Below, one piece after another: positions 58,201-64,000 of a stretch of 64,000 nt of DNA. Made by a program: the position numbers and the translations under genes. Within the stretch, counting starts at the first letter, position 1; every line of letters starts with the position of its first letter. This DNA is from Ascoidea asiatica JCM 7603 (lineage: Eukaryota > Fungi > Ascomycota), in NCBI GenBank assembly GCA_001600695.1, contig BCKQ01000013.1, positions 250,045-314,044 of the forward strand, in the 5' to 3' direction. Below the pieces are notes generated by a model. The model made no database searches, was not told the DNA's origin, and saw only the letters and a list, made by a program, of their open reading frames with translations.

Positions 58201-60129
58201 GCCCCTAGCACTCTGGCCAGCCAATATCCGTGCTTCTCTGAAACCCGCCAGAACAAAGCTAATTTTCACCGACGACCTTTTTCCCTAAGGCTTTTCTGCC
58301 GTTTAAGAGCCCTGGAGATTAGCCCTGAAGGGAGTCAAAAAGAATATTAGGGCATTGATGTTAATTAAGGTGTGAAGGAATTGAAATACCTGAATAGTTA
58401 ATCTTTGAAAGATAAGTAATCAGAATTGTTAGCTTTATTTGAATTTTTGATAGGTGAATCAATTTAGCTTGTCGACTAAACTTCCAATAGTCAATGATAA
58501 AGTCTTGATTATCGAGTAAATTGACTGATTAAAACTTCTAAGATCTTTTTGGGATCTTTAGTGTGGTAAATAAAAAATTACTAATAAGCTGATTGAAAAT
58601 TTTTACTTCAGAAACTTTCCCAGAAATTATCTTCTAATAATACTCTTTCCTACTCTGAGACTTGATTATTATTACTCAAGGGATGTTTCCTTATCAACTG
58701 GTTTTACTAAAGGTTCAAAAAATGATTTCTTATTTGTTTTAAAAAGAAAACAATTCAAAATACGAGCAAATATTTTATTTTCGAGCTTCACTAAATTTTT
58801 TTAGCTCCTTCTGTTAAAAAAAGACTAATCGGGAAATTTCATAAAATATCAAAACATTTCAAAAAATTTCATGAATTTTAAAAAACAGTTTTTAAGAGTA
58901 GATTGAGTTTTTGACTAGAGTCAACGTTCAAAAAACGTATTTTTTTTAATTTCTATTCAATTCTTCAACAATTTAGCTTCTTTGTCTCTTAAAGATTTCT
59001 TTTAAGATAATTTAAAGTGAAATATTGAATATAATAAAAACTACTCAATAACTTTCTCTATTTTTAGTGAAATTACATCCTTTTCTTACCAATTGACTCT
59101 TTTGAATCCTTCTGATTTTTATTTCTTTAAGAAAATAAGCCACCTAATATCTGATTTTACCTTTTTTTTGAGGTCGTATTATTCGAGCTGTTTTATTGCC
59201 AATCGTTGCAGAAAACAAACTATCAATAAATCAATCAATCAATTAAGGAGATAACCGTTTTTAAGAATGAAATTGCTATAAAAATTAAGTTAAAAAATAA
59301 ACAAGGCAGATTAATTTAAACCAGAAATTGAAATCTACACTACAATGACACTACTGCTAATATTAATATCAATCTATCTTTAATAATATGACGAAAATTC
59401 AGACATTTATGTATGATAATGGTGTCAAATAAAACAAATCTGCATCTTTGACTTCTTCATTGTAGATATATCAGCTGATTTTTTTTCTTTCATTATTTAA
59501 CCAATTCAATTGACAGATGAAAGCAATTTAAGAAAAAAAAAAAGCTAAATAAATGGGTAAATAATTATTAAAGTGCAACCGGTAATTGAGAATTAAACTA
59601 ATTGAATATTAGTTTCATTGATGTCTCAAGGGCTTATAAAACTTCAACTGAAATGAAAAAAAATCTATTGAAAACTGTTGTCTTCAAAAAAACATCTTGC
59701 AAAATCAAAACTGGTTTATTAGGTAATTATACAATAAATTAATATTCTATTATTGATAATTCGATATATATATGATTGATCAATAATATTTATACAAATA
59801 TACAATTATCTGATAAAGTATTTAAATAACTTCGATAAAAGTATCCTTGATTCAAGTTTTTCTAGCAGCACTTCATTAAAAGCAAGGAAAGCCTTGAAAA
59901 CCAGACTTTCAATCATAATAGAACAAAAAAATGTGACGTAACCATTTTAATTATATACAACAAGTCTAATAAAATTAAAAAAAGCAAAAAAAATAAAGTA
60001 AAAGAGATAAATATATTAACTTAAGCAACAATGAAGAATAATAGAGGAAGAATAATAGATGAATATTAATTATGAGGTTTTTGATTTTGGAATTTTTCTT
60101 TTAGATCAATTTTGCTTTAATTTTTAGAT

Positions 60130-62007
60130 TTAAAACAAATTATGAAATTTCATTAAAAAATCATAGATTAATAATTTATTTGATGTGATCTTAAAATTGA
60201 TCCATAATTTTAATGATTTTAAGAAATATTCACAATCTAATAATAACCAAAATTTACTTTTACTTAATAATTCATTATATTGATTTCTTAAATTTTCCTT
60301 ATCTTCAGAATAAATTGTTTTTGCACAATATTTAGCCATAATTAAAAAACTTCTTACAGGACCTAAAGGATATTCTAATCGTTCATCTAATAGTCTAACT
60401 AAATCATTAGTCTTTAAAATTAATAAGGCAAGTTTTGGTAAGGAAGCTAACAAAACCATTAAATCATTCAATAATGTTCCATTTCTAAATTTATCAACCA
60501 TATAATTAATTTCATCTTTAGATCTCATAGTTGTAATTTTTTTAGTTGCATGTTCATAATCTCTACCTGTCATTGCAGCTGCAAATAAAGGAAATTCTTT
60601 ATCTTCAACACCGGCAAATTCTTTAGCATATTTTCTCATTGCTTTTTCATCAGATTTAATAATTGCTAACCAAAATCTTGCATAAGATCTTCTTAATTGA
60701 GTTGGTATAAATCTATATTGACCATGATCATATAAAATAATTTCAAAATTATGATTATTATTTTTATCTTTTAAATTTTTATTTTTATTTGAAATAGCTC
60801 TAATTGCTAAATTACCACCATGAGGATCACAATGAACTCCAACTCCTGGTGTAAAAATCATATTATTAAAAATATGAGCTAAACATGCAGAAACTTCAGC
60901 TCTTGAAATATTATTATCTTTTAAATATTTTAAATTATCTAATCTTGCACCACCAGCATATTCCATTATTAAAACTCTAGAATGAGCTATAAAAATTTCA
61001 GGAACTTTTAATGCAGTTTCTTTTTGAAATTTTTTAAAATAATGACTAGTATTTTTTGCATTTTTAGCTTCTTCAACAAAATTTAATTCAATATAAATTG
61101 AATCTTGAAATTCATCACCTAACCATTGTAAATCAAATTCTGGGAAAAATTTATATAATAATTCAAAAGTAGTTCTAGTTAAAAAAACATCTAAAGGCAC
61201 AAATTTCTTTAAAGAAGGATGTTGACATTTTACTGCAACTTTATCACCTGTAGATTTTAAAATTGCAGTATGAACTTGAGCTAAAGAGGCTACACCAATT
61301 GGTTCTTCATTAAATTCCGAAAACAAATCATTAATAGATAAAGATAAATCCTCTTTAAGCATTTCATTTATTTCAAGAATTGAACTTCTAGGACATCTAT
61401 CTTGTAATGGGGTCATTGTTTCTGTCCATTGTTTTGGTAATAAATAAGTCATGGCAGAAATATGTTGACCTAGTTTAATATATATTCCACCATTTTTTTC
61501 AAGAGCATCCAAAGTTATTTCAGCACATTTTTGATGACATTTATCTAATGCAATATTTTTCTCTTCCACCGAAGAATATTTTGCATCTAAAGTTGTTCTA
61601 TATTCTATAAAACATCTTATTGTAGCTATTGCAACAACTGATATTCTTTCCAACACTTCTTTATAAAAATCAACTTTTTTTTCGAATTTTTCATTAGTTA
61701 AATATGAAACTGATAATGTAGCTAAAATACCTAAAGTAATTTTTGTTTTCAAACTTAGATTAAATGATCTTTTTTGTTTTTTATCAAAATTTTCAGTTGA
61801 TTTTGAAATATTATTCTTTGCTGGAAATTGATCTAAAAGTTTATGGTCTTTTTTTATATTACTAGTTGAATAATGATTTTGTAAGAAAATTACTTTGGAT
61901 TTAGTGAATTTAGAAAATTTAGTAACAGAAGATTTGGGAAACTGCCTACTGTTTATGGTAAGGCTTCTCAAGCATAACCTTGAAGAGCCTATTATAATTT
62001 TGTTCAT
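60130..62007 (-). CDS. MCP2: Mitochondrial ABC1/UbiB atypical kinase (ADCK1-like)
   Basis: Presequence, NGGIYIKLGQH, ASLAQVH, VAVKCQHP, ELNFVEEA, VHCDPHGGN, LYDHG. Confidence 0.9.
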   Translation of the reverse strand: MNKIIIGSSRLCLRSLTINSRQFPKSSVTKFSKFTKSKVIFLQNHYSTSNIKKDHKLLDQFPAKNNISKSTENFDKKQKRSFNLSLKTKITLGILATLSVSYLTNEKFEKKVDFYKEVLERISVVAIATIRCFIEYRTTLDAKYSSVEEKNIALDKCHQKCAEITLDALEKNGGIYIKLGQHISAMTYLLPKQWTETMTPLQDRCPRSSILEINEMLKEDLSLSINDLFSEFNEEPIGVASLAQVHTAILKSTGDKVAVKCQHPSLKKFVPLDVFLTRTTFELLYKFFPEFDLQWLGDEFQDSIYIELNFVEEAKNAKNTSHYFKKFQKETALKVPEIFIAHSRVLIMEYAGGARLDNLKYLKDNNISRAEVSACLAHIFNNMIFTPGVGVHCDPHGGNLAIRAISNKNKNLKDKNNNHNFEIILYDHGQYRFIPTQLRRSYARFWLAIIKSDEKAMRKYAKEFAGVEDKEFPLFAAAMTGRDYEHATKKITTMRSKDEINYMVDKFRNGTLLNDLMVLLASLPKLALLILKTNDLVRLLDERLEYPLGPVRSFLIMAKYCAKTIYSEDKENLRNQYNELLSKSKFWLLLDCEYFLKSLKLWINFKITSNKLLIYDFLMKFHNLF

Positions 62008-63129
62008 TGTTCTTCTTGGGTTTTTGCTAAGTTTTTAACTTTTATATTACTTTGAAATACTTTTCCAATATATTGTATGAATAATAATCAGATGTTCCTT
62101 TTGACCAATTTTCGAATATCAGGAAGATTAAAAAGAGAATCTATCCAATTCTAGTTTCTCAAGAAAAGAATATCACGACTTTGAAACAAAAAAGTTTGTT
62201 CATTCATAGATATCTATGAGCAATTGTATTGATAAGTACTTTCTTACTAAAGAAGAATAATCAGTTGATTTAGTTTATAGTTCATCTGTTTTGACAATGC
62301 TCTAGGAGCTTGAGCTTTCTTACCTTTCTCAGTTTTCAGAGGATAATCCTAGAACTTTGATTCGAACTGTTAACAATCGAAGTAAAACCCCAAGAATAAG
62401 AGAAAGGGCCTTGCTACTGAAAAACAGTGGTGGATGTTGGCGGTTTGAGCGGAAAGAATTCGGCTCACTAGATTCCGTTACCCAATACAGTAATAACTGA
62501 GATTGACGCGGAGTTAAAGAGTGTTTGGGTAACAGATGCAAAAGATGAAAACTCTGCTGACAATGAAGAAACAGAGAAAGACAAGGCAAAAAAAAAAGAA
62601 ATATGGATTTGATAGAAATTGGGAGGAAGAATGAAAGCTGAGATAGAGAGCAATGACTAGTTGAAGTTGATAAATGAAAATGGAATCGAAAGAGACCCAA
62701 GGAGATAGTTGCAGGTGCAGTGGAGAACTTTTAAAGACCACTAACAATAAATGAAAAAAGATAATGAGAAAAAAAAATAACTTGAAGTTTAAAAATTTGA
62801 AGTACCAGTAAATAGTGAAACAGGTAAGAAAATGATAATTCAAGTGTGAAAAAAACAATAAGTAAAGTTGAGGAGAAATTTAGGGAAAAATAGAGCTATT
62901 GATATGAACAGCTAAGATGTTAATAATAAAATAATAAGAGATGATCAAAAGAGAACTTTGAAATATAAAAAAAAAAAAAATACCAAAATATAATGACATA
63001 CCAAGAAGAAAAAATATTATAGAATCACAATTTTACAAAATATAGGAAAATCTGGAGTATGATTAACATTCAACTTTTAGTTACTGAAGTGGAATTCCAT
63101 GTTAATCAAAGCAATTAATAAGAGATCAG

Positions 63130-64000
63130 TTATTGAAATTTCTTATGGCTATGAGGATGATCTCCACCACTTGCAGTTCTTCTGAAGGAATGTAAAATAT
63201 TTCTTCTCCTAATAGGTCTTTTGGAACTTAAAGATCTTTTTGGATCTAAAGGTCTTGCAAAACCAATTAATTTTTCATTTTCTAATTTAATATTACCATT
63301 ATCTGAATTTGGTTTTAAATTTGAAGTTTTTAATTTATTTGGATCTAAATTGAATTCAAAAGTATTTTTAGTTATACCTGAGATATGAAATGAAGAAGGA
63401 GATAAAGATTTTAAATTTATATTATTTCTTTTTGAAGCTTTTTGATGATTTAAAGAACTTGCAACACTATCATTACTTGCATTAGTTGCAACTGAGAATA
63501 AAGTATTTGAATTATTATTTGTATAAGACATCAGGTTTCTATGTTGTTGGAAATTTAATGCTCTTTCATTATCATAAGATGAATCAATTGAATTCAAGGA
63601 AACTTCATTTTCTAAAGTATTTTCATTATTATCAGTATTATAAGTATTATCATTATTTTCAACAATTTCTATTGTATTTACCCTATTGAGTGGATTTAAA
63701 ATTTTAGTTTCAGTATTAGAATTTTCTGTATCATTGTTAATTAAAGTATTACTACTTAATTTTGATTTTGATTTCGAATTTGAATTAGAATTTGAATTTG
63801 AATTATTTTTAGAAATTGAAGATTTTTCAAGTTCAATATCTGAATCAATTGATAATTTTTTTAAAACTGAAATTGAGTTATCATATGGAACATGTGGATG
63901 AGAACTAAAATTAGTACCTTTATTTGATCTTCTATATTTACGTCTTGGTTTTAAAGAAATTCTAATATTTTCAACTCTTGATTCCATTCCTTTAGCTTGT
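63130..64000 (-). CDS. C-terminal low-complexity part of an unidentified protein (5' end probably outside window)
   Basis: Frame stays open upstream of the ATG at 63987 to the window edge (QAKG-MESRVEN...). No domain recognised. Confidence 0.6.
   Translation of the reverse strand, partial: QAKGMESRVENIRISLKPRRKYRRSNKGTNFSSHPHVPYDNSISVLKKLSIDSDIELEKSSISKNNSNSNSNSNSKSKSKLSSNTLINNDTENSNTETKILNPLNRVNTIEIVENNDNTYNTDNNENTLENEVSLNSIDSSYDNERALNFQQHRNLMSYTNNNSNTLFSVATNASNDSVASSLNHQKASKRNNINLKSLSPSSFHISGITKNTFEFNLDPNKLKTSNLKPNSDNGNIKLENEKLIGFARPLDPKRSLSSKRPIRRRNILHSFRRTASGGDHPHSHKKFQ

Noticed and set aside
1786-63901. Many short overlapping or antisense ORFs in the track (e.g. 1786-2115, 5100-5423, 9330-9623, 32700-33251, 35036-35530, 45584-45916, 62329-62858)
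   Set aside because: Shadows of real genes or low-complexity I/L/F-rich translations of AT-rich repeats, with no motifs.

Overview
AT-rich budding-yeast (Saccharomycotina) chromosomal DNA. Poly-Asn tracts and rare CTG codons, several in Ser-rich contexts, suggest a CUG-reassigned yeast such as Ascoidea; the taxon is an inference. About 23 protein genes plus one pseudogene: a partial 2OG-Fe(II) oxygenase, acyl-protein thioesterase, GH18+CBM chitinase, VPS37, LUC7, IMP1, SWP1, BUD5-like RasGEF, a conserved unknown protein, IDP2, DPH5, an RNase H1-like protein, an auxin-efflux-family carrier, PTK2-like kinase, MCA1, a broken VIT/vWA gene, SPO11, AIM17, an Asn-rich small protein, an EGO2-like protein, an orphan, MCP2 and a partial gene at the right edge. 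I found no tRNA, rRNA, CRISPR or intact mobile element. Highlights: (1) an intact RNase H1 homolog with substituted catalytic carboxylates and a hybrid-binding domain split by an N/Q-rich insert; (2) a prokaryote-type (PF-ChiA-like) chitinase between two genes that are neighbours in S. cerevisiae; (3) SPO11, largely missed by the ORF track, needing a weak-site intron or a +1 shift; (4) a small Rnq1-like prion candidate; (5) a 7.9-kb gene-free block. All homology calls come from recalled motifs, not database searches.
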